A DNA stretch of 64,000 nucleotides, taken from the sequence record PV808484.1; one strand, given 5' to 3'. This document shows, piece by piece, positions 54,300 through 63,762 of this stretch (positions are counted from its first letter, which is position 1; each line of letters starts with the position of its first letter). The position numbers and the translations under genes are program-made. The notes below the pieces were generated by a model. That model was not told where the DNA came from, did no database searches, and was given only the letters and a program-made list of their open reading frames with translations. This DNA is from a phage.

Positions 54300-55289
54300 T
54301 TAAACTTTATTTTCCCACCACTCTTTGTTATCTACATACCAATCAATGGTTGAATAAAGTTTTTCTTCAAATGTGCCTTTAGCTTTCCACCCTAATTCCT
54401 TTTCAATCTTATAAGGATTCACTTCATATCTTAAATCATGCCCAGGTCTATCTGTAACCATCTCAATGAGGCTACAAGCATCTGTTTCAGATGGATATAC
54501 CGCATCCATATAATCACAAATCATATAGATTACATCAATATTAGTTCTAGGGTTTCTGCTCCCAATATTATATGTCTCTCCAGATTTGCCTTTAGTTACT
54601 ACCAGGTGTAATGCTTCTGCGTGATCATCAACGTATAGCCAATCTCTTACTTGAAGACCATCGCCATAAACAGGGATTGGTTTATTCATTAAGATATTTG
54701 TTATCGTCTTAGGTATTAGTTTTTCTGGATGATGATATGCTCCAAAATTATTTGAACAATTTGTTATAACTGTCGGAATACCATAAGTACGATGCCACGC
54801 TCTTACCAAATGATCGCTTGCAGCTTTAGATGCAGCATATGGACTACTTGGTTTATAAGGATTCTGTTCTGTAAACGGATAATCCCCTTCTTCCATATCA
54901 CCATACACTTCATCTGTTGAAATATGATGGAACATTTTAAGATTTGATTTATCTCCCATTAAACGAACAGCTTCTAGAAGATTAAATGTTCCAACAATAT
55001 TTGAATTTATAAAAACACTCGGTGATGCTATTGAATTATCTACGTGACTCTCTGCTGCAAGATGCATTATATAATCTGGATTAACATCTGCCACAATCTT
55101 AGCAGTTAACTGCGCATTTGTCAAGTCAACACGACAAAACTTTACATTAGGTGTTTCTGATAAATTTCTAGGGTCTGAAGCGTAACCCCATTTATCTATA
55201 ACGTAAATATCATTCTTAGTATTTTTAGCTAGGAAACGAACTACCGCACTTCCAATAAAGCCTAAACCACCTGTTACTAAGTATTTCAT
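54300..55289 (-). CDS. rmlB: dTDP-glucose 4,6-dehydratase
   Basis: TGGLGFIGS Rossmann motif, YAASKAASD catalytic YxxxK. Confidence 0.9.
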   Translation of the reverse strand: MKYLVTGGLGFIGSAVVRFLAKNTKNDIYVIDKWGYASDPRNLSETPNVKFCRVDLTNAQLTAKIVADVNPDYIMHLAAESHVDNSIASPSVFINSNIVGTFNLLEAVRLMGDKSNLKMFHHISTDEVYGDMEEGDYPFTEQNPYKPSSPYAASKAASDHLVRAWHRTYGIPTVITNCSNNFGAYHHPEKLIPKTITNILMNKPIPVYGDGLQVRDWLYVDDHAEALHLVVTKGKSGETYNIGSRNPRTNIDVIYMICDYMDAVYPSETDACSLIEMVTDRPGHDLRYEVNPYKIEKELGWKAKGTFEEKLYSTIDWYVDNKEWWENKV

Positions 55290-55483
55290 TTAGTCTCCTT
55301 CCAATTATTACCTTCAGTAAAAATAATACCTTCATAAAACAACCATCTGGAACCTTTTTCAACAGGAACAGGAAGCTCTTCTTCAGTAAAGTTATAAACC
55401 TCTCTAGCATCTTCTAAAAGTGATGCAAATGTTTTTGGACTTACTGTTACGCGAGGAGCATTGATCAATTGATCTAGCATCAT
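55286..55483 (-). CDS. hypothetical protein
   Basis: start at internal ATG with AAGGAGG SD. Confidence 0.45.
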   Translation of the reverse strand: MMLDQLINAPRVTVSPKTFASLLEDAREVYNFTEEELPVPVEKGSRWLFYEGIIFTEGNNWKETK

Positions 55484-55496
55484 TCTACTATCCTCC

Positions 55497-55823
55497 TTAC
55501 CAAACGTGTTGAGAAATAATAGTTTCCGTTTCAATGTTATATTTTTCAAGAAGTTGTGCATAGGCTTCTTTTGCATTTTTATTTAGTTGCTCAAGATCTA
55601 CAGCTACACTTCCTTCGCCACCTTCTAAATAAATGCCATATATGCAATAAGATTCATCAGCGTCATAGAAAGGTGAGATACGGCTTAAATCAAGACCTTC
55701 TTGTAAGAACCAATTAAAATCTCCATCAAATTCTTCTTCAATTCTAGGATCTTCTCCTACAGCCTCTTCCCATTTATTAAAAGGTGCACCCTGTAACATA
55801 CGCCATTCAGTGTCAACTCCCAT
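55497..55823 (-). CDS. hypothetical acidic protein
   Basis: 108 aa ORF. Confidence 0.5.
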   Translation of the reverse strand: MGVDTEWRMLQGAPFNKWEEAVGEDPRIEEEFDGDFNWFLQEGLDLSRISPFYDADESYCIYGIYLEGGEGSVAVDLEQLNKNAKEAYAQLLEKYNIETETIISQHVW

Positions 55824-55953
55824 TATCTTCCTCTTCTTCTTCCGTGTGAACGAAGCCTAAACCGTTACAATTCCAACACGGAATAAATTGTTCCATACTA
55901 ACAATAAAATTCCCAGTACCACCGCAGATAGGACAAATACTTACATCATCCAT
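55813..55953 (-). CDS. small zinc-ribbon protein (46 aa)
   Basis: hand-translated MDDVSICPICGGTGNFIVSMEQFIPCWNCNGLGFVHTEEEEEDNGS; GAGGAG SD. Confidence 0.4.
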   Translation of the reverse strand: MDDVSICPICGGTGNFIVSMEQFIPCWNCNGLGFVHTEEEEEDNGS

Positions 55954-55955
55954 TA

Positions 55956-56138
55956 TTAAAGCTCCTCAATCTTTTCTAACATCTGTTTTAACTCATTCTC
56001 TGTTAACAGAATTTCTGTGATACCATCATAAGTTTCTACCATCAGAGTAAAACATTTTTCTCCATCTGAACACACAAAAGCACCACCTTCATCTTCTGTT
56101 AAGTCAGAATTAATATCCACATCAACAAAATCAATCAT
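55956..56138 (-). CDS. hypothetical acidic protein
   Basis: start at ATG (MIDFVDV) with AAGGAG SD. Confidence 0.45.
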   Translation of the reverse strand: MIDFVDVDINSDLTEDEGGAFVCSDGEKCFTLMVETYDGITEILLTENELKQMLEKIEEL

Positions 56139-56349
56139 CTTTTTCTCCTTTGATAATTTCAAACTTGGCTACACCATTAACTATAATGTGACCGCAAGAC
56201 ATAACCCCTAGCCAATGATCACCATTCTTTTTTAAACGTTTACCGTAAACATCACAGAAACCATTCTGTAATTCGGAAGCCTCATAAGAGGCTCCCTTTT
56301 CGAAAACGTCTTTGAAGTCAGAAATTAATCCAACACAAAGTAGTTTCAT
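56131..56349 (-). CDS. hypothetical protein
   Basis: 72 aa; ATG overlaps nrdB stop. Confidence 0.5.
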   Translation of the reverse strand: MKLLCVGLISDFKDVFEKGASYEASELQNGFCDVYGKRLKKNGDHWLGVMSCGHIIVNGVAKFEIIKGEKDD

Positions 56350-57434
56350 TAAAAGTCTAACTCCTCGTCATCACTTACATCTTTATTTGCTGAATTCAGT
56401 TTGTAAGCTGTAATTTGGATCTCCTGTGCTGCTGCTTGAATTTGATCTGGATTTAACCAAACATCCATCCAAGGCAGTGGACTTTTCTTCGGTGCACGGA
56501 ATTTGTGTTTCATTTTCAGTCTGCGATAGATAGGCGCGGCATTGAAGTAAACCCAAAGTTTGAACAACTCTGCGTTACCACCAACGATAACCCTTCCTTC
56601 ACTAAACAGATAGTCACACCAATCTTCCTCTTGTCCAACTACCGTATCAAGAATTTCTGTCAGAACGTCGATATTGTCTTCGTATACTTTTCTCCAGACA
56701 GGATCTTTCAGCAGTGCATCAATAATAGCATAATCCATTTTAACGTGCAATAGTTCATCCAACATAATTTTTTGAATGAGTTTAGCTGCACCTACAAACA
56801 GTTGCTGCTCTGCTAAGGCAAATGTTGCAGCAAAAGATGATATGAATTGAATGCCTTCCAGACCGATAAGTGCAATCATTCCTTTCAGAATCAGTAGACG
56901 AAGGTTATCATCCTTCTCAATCAGACCTAGAGCATATTTATGTCCTGCCTCTGCCAGATCACTCATTATCTCTTCAACTATACCCATCCTCTGGAAGATT
57001 CTTTCGTTCTCCATAATCTGATCGATAACTTCATTTGGATTAGGGATACACTGACGAATAATTTCAGAATATGTCAAAGCGTGTAAAACTTCCATTTCTG
57101 ATTGCTTCATCATCATTGCACATGCTTCGTTGTTGCTTAAAAATGGTGCAAACAAAGTGATGATTGATTTAGCAAGTGAATCATTTTCCCATTGGAAGGA
57201 TAGGTTTTTGATCATAACATCATAGTTGCTTTTAGAACAAGCTACGAAATCTTTTCGTGTCTGATCTAAGTTTACTTCGTTTTCATCCCAATCTTGCTGT
57301 TTTTGTAGTTTGTACAGACGATGCATTTCTGGGTATGTTACATTAATAGAATCAAAAATACCTAACTGTTCTCCCAAAAATACAGGGTAGAAACCTTCTT
57401 TGTAAGTGTCGTTGTATAAGTTAATTGCTGCCAT
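56349..57434 (-). CDS. nrdB: ribonucleotide reductase class Ia small subunit
   Basis: 361 aa; diiron/tyrosyl-radical subunit pattern; adjacent to nrdA. Confidence 0.9.
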   Translation of the reverse strand: MAAINLYNDTYKEGFYPVFLGEQLGIFDSINVTYPEMHRLYKLQKQQDWDENEVNLDQTRKDFVACSKSNYDVMIKNLSFQWENDSLAKSIITLFAPFLSNNEACAMMMKQSEMEVLHALTYSEIIRQCIPNPNEVIDQIMENERIFQRMGIVEEIMSDLAEAGHKYALGLIEKDDNLRLLILKGMIALIGLEGIQFISSFAATFALAEQQLFVGAAKLIQKIMLDELLHVKMDYAIIDALLKDPVWRKVYEDNIDVLTEILDTVVGQEEDWCDYLFSEGRVIVGGNAELFKLWVYFNAAPIYRRLKMKHKFRAPKKSPLPWMDVWLNPDQIQAAAQEIQITAYKLNSANKDVSDDEELDF

Positions 57435-57756
57435 TTAAATCCTCCACAATATCACACATTGCTTTTATTGTATCAATGTGTTCTCTCTCCATACCATCCT
57501 CTAGGTAAGCCTTCTCTAATGCGTCCCATACACTCTTTGTGAGTAGTATAGTAACCTCTCCCTCATACCTTGCTCTGGTTAAAGCATACCAGGTAGCTAT
57601 GGGATCATTGGAAGCCCATATTTCAACACTGGAAAATTGAAAACCTGCAATATAATGACAACACCAATCGAATGTAAAATCTTTACTATCTACCAGTGTA
57701 TAATTTCCCCAGCGTCTTTGTGGTGTTGCCCCAGGTAATACAACTAATGTAGGCAT
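57421..57756 (-). CDS. hypothetical protein
   Basis: start at internal ATG (MPTLVVLP) with AAGGAGG SD just after hairpin. Confidence 0.5.
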   Translation of the reverse strand: MPTLVVLPGATPQRRWGNYTLVDSKDFTFDWCCHYIAGFQFSSVEIWASNDPIATWYALTRARYEGEVTILLTKSVWDALEKAYLEDGMEREHIDTIKAMCDIVEDLNGSN

Positions 57757-57772
57757 ATTCCTCCTTAAGAAA

Positions 57773-57788
57773 GGGGGACAAAGCCCCC
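57773..57788 (-). terminator. intergenic hairpin abutting RBS
   Basis: GGGGG-ACAAAG-CCCCC between nrdA stop and next SD. Confidence 0.4.
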
Positions 57789-57796
57789 TAGTTTCA

Positions 57797-60058
57797 TTAC
57801 ATCTTACAAGCCTCACAACCGGATTCTTCATCCTCTTGAGCGAGTGAGGTTGCCGATTTTGTTCTGCTATTTAGATAGTACAAAGATTTACCACCAAGTT
57901 TTGCAAACTGAAGAATATATTGCATTTCTGATTTAATGGATAAACGACCACCTTCCATCTTAGAATAGTCAATCCACTTATCACATGATGCACCTTGATC
58001 TAAGAATTTAGTCAATAGTCCATATGCTTCAGCCATATCTTTATCTGGCGTATCCCAAGCCGATTGGTAAATATCTTTTAGTTTATCGTAATCTGGCACA
58101 ATAAACAGAACATTACCTTTTTGGCTTTGTTTATAAACTATAGTATCACGTACAGGATACACAGAGTTAGTCGTATTACTTACAAGACTACTGGACTCAT
58201 TCGGAGCAATAGCTGCTAATACACTATTTCGGATACCGCCTTGTGCAATGATATCTTGTCGTAAACCTTCCCAATCCATTTTAAGTTTAAAATTGCCAAT
58301 ATCATCTACAGCTTTAGCGTAGGTGTCAATAGGCAACCATCCTTCAGGCCATTTGGTTTTATGCATCCATTCTGCATTACCTTTCTCTTTTGCCAAACGA
58401 AGAGAAGCTCTTGCTAACCAATAATAATGTCTTTCTGCTAATTCGTGAATTAGTTTTTTGCCGTAAGGATCTGAATAAGTAACAAAATTACTTGCCAGAT
58501 AATGTGCAAGGTTTGTAATACCTACACCGATAGACCTACGTGCTTTAGCAGTGATTTCGTTATGTTTAAACGGATACTGCATTGTTTCAATCACATTATC
58601 AATAGTTAGAACGGTATAATATGCAACATCTTCATATTCTTCTGGTGTAACACGACCAGCTACAATAGAAGACAAGAAGCATAATGCCAATTCTTGATCT
58701 TCTGTGTTCTCACCTGTGAAAAGATCCGTCATACTGTGAAATGCTTTCGTAGGTAAGAAAATTTCTTGGCACAAGTTTGACTGATAAATAACATCCTTAA
58801 ACGGAGTATGCTTATTAGCATTATCCGCAAAGAACATATAAATACGTCCTGTCTCTGCTCTTTGTGTAATAATTTCTGCCAGAAGATCTCGTGCTTTTAC
58901 AAACTTCTTCTTAATTCGTTTGCGACTAACTTTTTCATATACTTCTTCAAACTCTTCCTCGCTTTTATAAAGCGCCTCATAGAGTTCTGGTGCTTCGTCA
59001 TAACTGACTAGCATCCAATCTTTGCCTTTTGCTGCACGGCGCAGGAAAGCATTGTTTACTACAATAGAGTAATCAAGTTTATCTACTCGTTTTTCACTAA
59101 CAGTAGTTGGGTTTTTCAAACGTACCAGATCTTCAAAATCAGGTTCTAGTATTGTAAACGTTACTGTTGCACTTCCACCACGACTTGCTTGTTTTGATGC
59201 TCCAACACTTGTTTCCATCCATTTCAGATATGGTAAAAGACCACCGTGAACGATACGGTTGTTCTTAACACCTTGTCCTGTAGCACGGGTTTGGAGGTTA
59301 ACACCAATACCTGCATTATTCAATGTATATTCATGAGCAAGATAGTTAGCAATTGCTAAAGATTCTGCTGTATCGTCTGCTCTAAACAGACAACAAGAAG
59401 CACTACCTTTAATCTTAGTACGCAAAGTTGTTAAATAAGGTGATGGTAAATTAATCTTAAGATCACTTACGTAGGTATATAGACGTTTAATGTCTTCTAC
59501 TCTGCGATCTTTTGGTTGGATTTCCATTACCTTCATTGCTACACCAATGAATAAAAATTGTGGTGATTCAAAAACCACATCATTGATCGCATCTTTCACA
59601 AGATACTTATCAACCATCTGGCGCAGTACGGAATAACCATAAGTTAGGTTTTTATCATGATTGATAATTTTACCAATCTCAATAATTTCTTCTTCTGTAT
59701 AATCCATTTTCCCCCAATAGCCTTTACTTACAGACATATTGTAGAAATCCAGGAGGGAGGGGATATTGTGATATCCCCCATGAGCCTGTTTATAGATCAT
59801 ACCAAGAAGTAACCGACCTGCCATATCACTATATGCCTGATCTTTCTTATCAATACATGCTGCTATCATAGCTTTATGTAAATCACGAGTAGGCACACCG
59901 TCGTAACAACGTTTAACAGCTTCGAGTTCAATTTCAGACCAATTTAATTTACCAGCAGCAAACTCTGACCATTTACGAAGTTTTTCTGGATTAAATTCTT
60001 CTTTCTTGCCGTTTGTTTTTGTTACATAACGGATAGATTTGCTTAGATACTGAGTCAC
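57797..60058 (-). CDS. nrdA: ribonucleotide reductase class Ia large subunit (probable GTG start)
   Basis: 753 aa; catalytic Cys-containing blocks and C-terminal CEACKM tail; AGGAGAGG SD. Confidence 0.9.
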   Translation of the reverse strand: MTQYLSKSIRYVTKTNGKKEEFNPEKLRKWSEFAAGKLNWSEIELEAVKRCYDGVPTRDLHKAMIAACIDKKDQAYSDMAGRLLLGMIYKQAHGGYHNIPSLLDFYNMSVSKGYWGKMDYTEEEIIEIGKIINHDKNLTYGYSVLRQMVDKYLVKDAINDVVFESPQFLFIGVAMKVMEIQPKDRRVEDIKRLYTYVSDLKINLPSPYLTTLRTKIKGSASCCLFRADDTAESLAIANYLAHEYTLNNAGIGVNLQTRATGQGVKNNRIVHGGLLPYLKWMETSVGASKQASRGGSATVTFTILEPDFEDLVRLKNPTTVSEKRVDKLDYSIVVNNAFLRRAAKGKDWMLVSYDEAPELYEALYKSEEEFEEVYEKVSRKRIKKKFVKARDLLAEIITQRAETGRIYMFFADNANKHTPFKDVIYQSNLCQEIFLPTKAFHSMTDLFTGENTEDQELALCFLSSIVAGRVTPEEYEDVAYYTVLTIDNVIETMQYPFKHNEITAKARRSIGVGITNLAHYLASNFVTYSDPYGKKLIHELAERHYYWLARASLRLAKEKGNAEWMHKTKWPEGWLPIDTYAKAVDDIGNFKLKMDWEGLRQDIIAQGGIRNSVLAAIAPNESSSLVSNTTNSVYPVRDTIVYKQSQKGNVLFIVPDYDKLKDIYQSAWDTPDKDMAEAYGLLTKFLDQGASCDKWIDYSKMEGGRLSIKSEMQYILQFAKLGGKSLYYLNSRTKSATSLAQEDEESGCEACKM

Positions 60059-60069
60059 TTCCTCTCCTA

Positions 60070-60318
60070 TTAATTGTGCATGTTTAGAACATCTACATCA
60101 TAACCGCCACGCATCTCATTATATAAGCCATTTGCGTATAGAAAACCTTCAAAATGATCTATACCTTCAAAACCTTTTGCCTTTGCTTTGCGGTCTGCTT
60201 CTTGTCTTTTTGGGGATAATCTTTTAGATGTATCAAGGATAACTGTTACATTGCAACCTAATGTTTCATCAAAATAGACTTCAATTTCACAGCCTTCATA
60301 TTTATTACTTTCTGTCAT
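60070..60318 (-). CDS. hypothetical protein
   Basis: start at internal ATG (MTESNKY) with GAGAGG SD. Confidence 0.5.
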   Translation of the reverse strand: MTESNKYEGCEIEVYFDETLGCNVTVILDTSKRLSPKRQEADRKAKAKGFEGIDHFEGFLYANGLYNEMRGGYDVDVLNMHN

Positions 60319-60330
60319 TTGGCCTCTCAA

Positions 60331-60741
60331 TTAGAATTCAGAATCATCATCTCGTGATGGATCATGTTCATTTCCGAAGTCTTCCATTTTGATATGAGAG
60401 CTACCCCAACCTGTAAAATCTTCTTCTCCAAAGTGCAAAATATCTACACCTTGATAGATTCGCTTATATTTATAGTCTTGTCGAACTGGGAAAGTATACA
60501 ATGTAGTATTTGCAAACACCACACGTCGATTGTTGTTACTACGAATATTAACACCACGTTCTACTGTATAATGTCCATCGGTAGACATACCAAGCATTAC
60601 TAATGCTGCTCGCAATGTAGTGTTATGATATTCGTGAGGAATTTTTCCTCCGTGCTTTTTAGCCATTTCTTTCCAGATCGGTGTAGCCTTAATGGTAGAC
60701 ATACTTACGGTCGCCCAAATGGTTGTATTAATTAGTGACAT
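60331..60741 (-). CDS. hypothetical protein
   Basis: 136 aa; GAAGGAG SD preceded by AGGAGAGC-TAT-GCTCTCCT hairpin. Confidence 0.55.
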   Translation of the reverse strand: MSLINTTIWATVSMSTIKATPIWKEMAKKHGGKIPHEYHNTTLRAALVMLGMSTDGHYTVERGVNIRSNNNRRVVFANTTLYTFPVRQDYKYKRIYQGVDILHFGEEDFTGWGSSHIKMEDFGNEHDPSRDDDSEF

Positions 60742-60838
60742 AAATTCTCCTTCTCTCTTTTAAGGAGAGCATAGCTCTCCTAACGTTAGCCTATACTACA
60801 CGAATCTCAATTAAAAGTCAACTATAATTTTAAGTTGA

Positions 60839-61810
60839 TCACCATTTTGTATGGTTAGTCAAAAGTTGACGATGTTGAATCCAACCACAGAAGTTTCCAC
60901 TCCACAAACGATGTTTACGATCCATATGTGTAATACCTTCTTCCCAAGAGGAAGGGAACGGAGGAATATTAATACCACCTTTCTGTTGTTTTAATCCTGA
61001 CAAATCCATTTCTTTCATTGGCGTTGCCTGGTGTTCAAACGGAGATGCATGTACCTTTTGTCCAGACAGCAAACGAGAATAGATATCCAATGCTTTATCT
61101 TTAGTATCATTCAACTTACGATAACTTACCTGAGCGCAACAAGAAGCTGAAATAGCTTTTGCTTCATCTTCTGTCAACATTTTCTCGTTGGAGAAGGTTT
61201 CACCCAAGAAATAACGGATCATACCAGTTTCTGGATCTCGATCACGATTAACGTAAGGTGTATGCCACTCCCCTGGGAAAAGAAGATATGGTTCAGAAGA
61301 TTCATACAGTTTTTTAATTTCTTTAGCAAGAGCCTCAATAGTAGGATCTGCATCAGCATCTACGCGCAACCACAAGAAGTTTTCTAACTCTGTAGTGGTT
61401 ACTACAGTCTTCATACGCTGGAATGGTTCTAGTAGTCGGTTTGCAACCTGTTTATGATAACCAGCAAGAGCAAACTCTTCTGCAAAACGTGCAGCACTTA
61501 GCGCAGCCAAGTCCCACCATTCTTTTGCAGTGTAACCTGCATCAATCAGGGCATCGTGATCTGTGCCTTTATCTTGCATACCTGGTTGGTTAGCACCAAA
61601 ACGATAAGGACGTGCTGGAGATTGCCGTACCATTTCAATTAGAGTTTTAACAGGGATAGCTCGACTTGATGCGGCATTACGAGAAAACAAACGATGCGTC
61701 ATCAATTCAGAGTGAATGATTCGAGGATATTCAAGTTCAAAGGTAACAATATCCTTACCTTCAGATGTTTGAGAGTGTGCAATAATTTTTGCTGAAATAG
61801 AATCTGTCAT
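60839..61810 (-). CDS. thyX: ThyX-like (flavin-dependent thymidylate synthase family) protein
   Basis: THRLFSRNAASSR aligns with ThyX RHR-x7-S block but first Arg is Thr; ENFLWLRVDADA matches downstream ThyX block. Confidence 0.7.
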   Translation of the reverse strand: MTDSISAKIIAHSQTSEGKDIVTFELEYPRIIHSELMTHRLFSRNAASSRAIPVKTLIEMVRQSPARPYRFGANQPGMQDKGTDHDALIDAGYTAKEWWDLAALSAARFAEEFALAGYHKQVANRLLEPFQRMKTVVTTTELENFLWLRVDADADPTIEALAKEIKKLYESSEPYLLFPGEWHTPYVNRDRDPETGMIRYFLGETFSNEKMLTEDEAKAISASCCAQVSYRKLNDTKDKALDIYSRLLSGQKVHASPFEHQATPMKEMDLSGLKQQKGGINIPPFPSSWEEGITHMDRKHRLWSGNFCGWIQHRQLLTNHTKW

Positions 61811-61819
61811 TATTTCTCC

Positions 61820-62410
61820 TTAAGGTAGTAAAATACTTTCAATTTCTTCCCACTGATTATCTAAACCAGTGATAATTACATTAGGAAGTTTCTTTAACTC
61901 TTCCAAGTATGGATCTTCATAAATAGTGTTGAAATATATTTTCAACGTTTCATCTGGAAACAGGACAAGATTTTCAGCCCTATCATCAATAGTTACGTCG
62001 CAAGGTAATAAGTATTTTTCTTTTGTTGCGAAAAAACCATTACCAGATGTTCTACTAAAATCCACTTTATCTAAAGACCGTGTTACGTGTCTATATTTAG
62101 AACTAAGGTGTCCACCCTTAGTGTGGCTTGCTATAGATATATTAGCTCCATTTGCAATTATACGATGAACAACATCTGTACTATTAGGTACTACGCCCAT
62201 AGTATCATATAGATGTTGGTTATCCCAAAAAGAGTAAGGATCTACACCAAATTGCTTTTTAAAATCAGGGAAATATTTCGTAATATCATAATGCACAGTT
62301 TTATGTGTCTTATCAAATTTGATATTAGATCTACTTACCGCATTTAACCAATTTAACCATTCTATATCCGCAGGAGCTATTACTAAATCCCAATCACATA
62401 CTAGACGCAT
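61820..62410 (-). CDS. HAD-family 5'(3')-deoxyribonucleotidase-like protein
   Basis: start at internal ATG with AGGAG SD; HAD motif I CDWDLV (DxDxV) near N-terminus; later DD motif. Confidence 0.5.
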   Translation of the reverse strand: MRLVCDWDLVIAPADIEWLNWLNAVSRSNIKFDKTHKTVHYDITKYFPDFKKQFGVDPYSFWDNQHLYDTMGVVPNSTDVVHRIIANGANISIASHTKGGHLSSKYRHVTRSLDKVDFSRTSGNGFFATKEKYLLPCDVTIDDRAENLVLFPDETLKIYFNTIYEDPYLEELKKLPNVIITGLDNQWEEIESILLP

Positions 62411-62957
62411 TATTTCTCCTGTTATAACATTTTCTACACATTGTTTCGTAAATGTCTTCTCCCCCAATAACAATCTGTTCTTTAGAGTCGATAAGTCTAG
62501 CATTGAAAATAGCTTTTCTTCCACATTTACAAATGCTTTTCAATTCTGTAATTGAATCTGCTATAGCTAATAACCGTTCAGAACCTTCAAACAATTCTGT
62601 AGCAAAATCTGTTTTAAGTCCATAGCAGAATACAGGAATATCGTAATTATCTACCACATCTCCAAGAATGTCAACCATATCTTTAGTTAGGAATTGTGAT
62701 TCATCTACAAATACTGCATCTACTGGATTTTCTTTAAGCTGTGTATAAATTTCCAGCATATCTTCTTTTGTTTTAACTGGTTTTGCTTCCTCTTTAATAC
62801 CTATCCTAGAAGCAATAGCACAACCAGATCTGGTATCTAAAGCTGAAGTTAAAAGAAGAACTTTCATATTTCTTTCTTTATAGTTCCAAGCTGTTTGTAG
62901 AAGATGTGTGCTTTTACCACTGTTCATCGGACTATATCGGAAATAAAGTTTAGCCAT
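62394..62957 (-). CDS. tdk: thymidine kinase
   Basis: P-loop PMNSGKSTHLL, VDESQF, C-terminal CxCG...CRKCY zinc knuckle. Confidence 0.9.
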   Translation of the reverse strand: MAKLYFRYSPMNSGKSTHLLQTAWNYKERNMKVLLLTSALDTRSGCAIASRIGIKEEAKPVKTKEDMLEIYTQLKENPVDAVFVDESQFLTKDMVDILGDVVDNYDIPVFCYGLKTDFATELFEGSERLLAIADSITELKSICKCGRKAIFNARLIDSKEQIVIGGEDIYETMCRKCYNRRNNASSM

Positions 62958-63002
62958 ATTTTCTCCTCTAACGCTCCCGTTTGTGGGAGCGATAATACTT
63001 TA

Positions 63003-63578
63003 TTATTTCTCTTCGTCAAGAAGAATTTTTACTATTTGTTTTCTTCGCTTACTTACTGTACTTTCTGGTGAAATTCCGCGCTTCGTTAGCCAATTTTTAT
63101 CCTTTTTAGACTGGCATAAAGCTATCGCTTCCTTCTCCGCTTTTGCTTCCCTGAATGTCATATCGTGCTTGTCAGCATAAGCCAGGATAGCGTTACACTG
63201 CTTACAAACTACACGCAGGTCGTCTTCTGTTACATACAATAGGCGTAAAACAAAACTTGGGATATCTTCATAACAGGTTAATGTACCTGCTGCATTGATA
63301 TGGTCTACTTGAAAGTCTTTCATACCTCCTGTGTGTCCACACAATTCACACTTACAATTCCAAACCTGTTTCGGTTTGCCTGTTTTCTTATCTAAAACTA
63401 CATTGCCATCTTTGTCCAACCTATCGGCTTTAAATCGTACAGATTGGATCTTTTTTATCTTATTTGGGTGTCTCACCCATGCTTTCCTTAAGCAACCCCT
63501 TAAATATGTATAAAAGGCTGCTTGAGTTTTCCAAGGTGTTCCATCTCCCCAAATAACTTTAGGTTCTTTATTTTCCAA
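63003..63578 (-). CDS. HNH endonuclease (probable TTG start)
   Basis: CKCELCG...DHINAAG...CKQCNAIL; no in-frame ATG near 5' end; AAGGTG SD. Confidence 0.6.
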   Translation of the reverse strand: MENKEPKVIWGDGTPWKTQAAFYTYLRGCLRKAWVRHPNKIKKIQSVRFKADRLDKDGNVVLDKKTGKPKQVWNCKCELCGHTGGMKDFQVDHINAAGTLTCYEDIPSFVLRLLYVTEDDLRVVCKQCNAILAYADKHDMTFREAKAEKEAIALCQSKKDKNWLTKRGISPESTVSKRRKQIVKILLDEEK

Positions 63579-63762
63579 TAGTGCTCACCTTTTTAGCTAC
63601 ATAATCTCCAGGTGGGATGTTATATTTAAAGAAAAGCATACGGTCTAAACCAGCCTTACACATGTTTTCTGGGATTGTGATTGTATATAGGAGTTTATCT
63701 CCACGCTTATTGTATATTTTATATACTTCACCCTCTCCGTATTGTTTACCGTGAGAAGCCAT
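63568..63762 (-). CDS. hypothetical protein
   Basis: 64 aa ORF. Confidence 0.45.
   Translation of the reverse strand: MASHGKQYGEGEVYKIYNKRGDKLLYTITIPENMCKAGLDRMLFFKYNIPPGDYVAKKVSTIGK

Noticed and set aside
56349-61810. Introns or inteins in nrdA, nrdB or the ThyX-like gene
   Set aside because: All three ORFs are uninterrupted and of normal length for their families; no inserted endonuclease ORF is present inside them.
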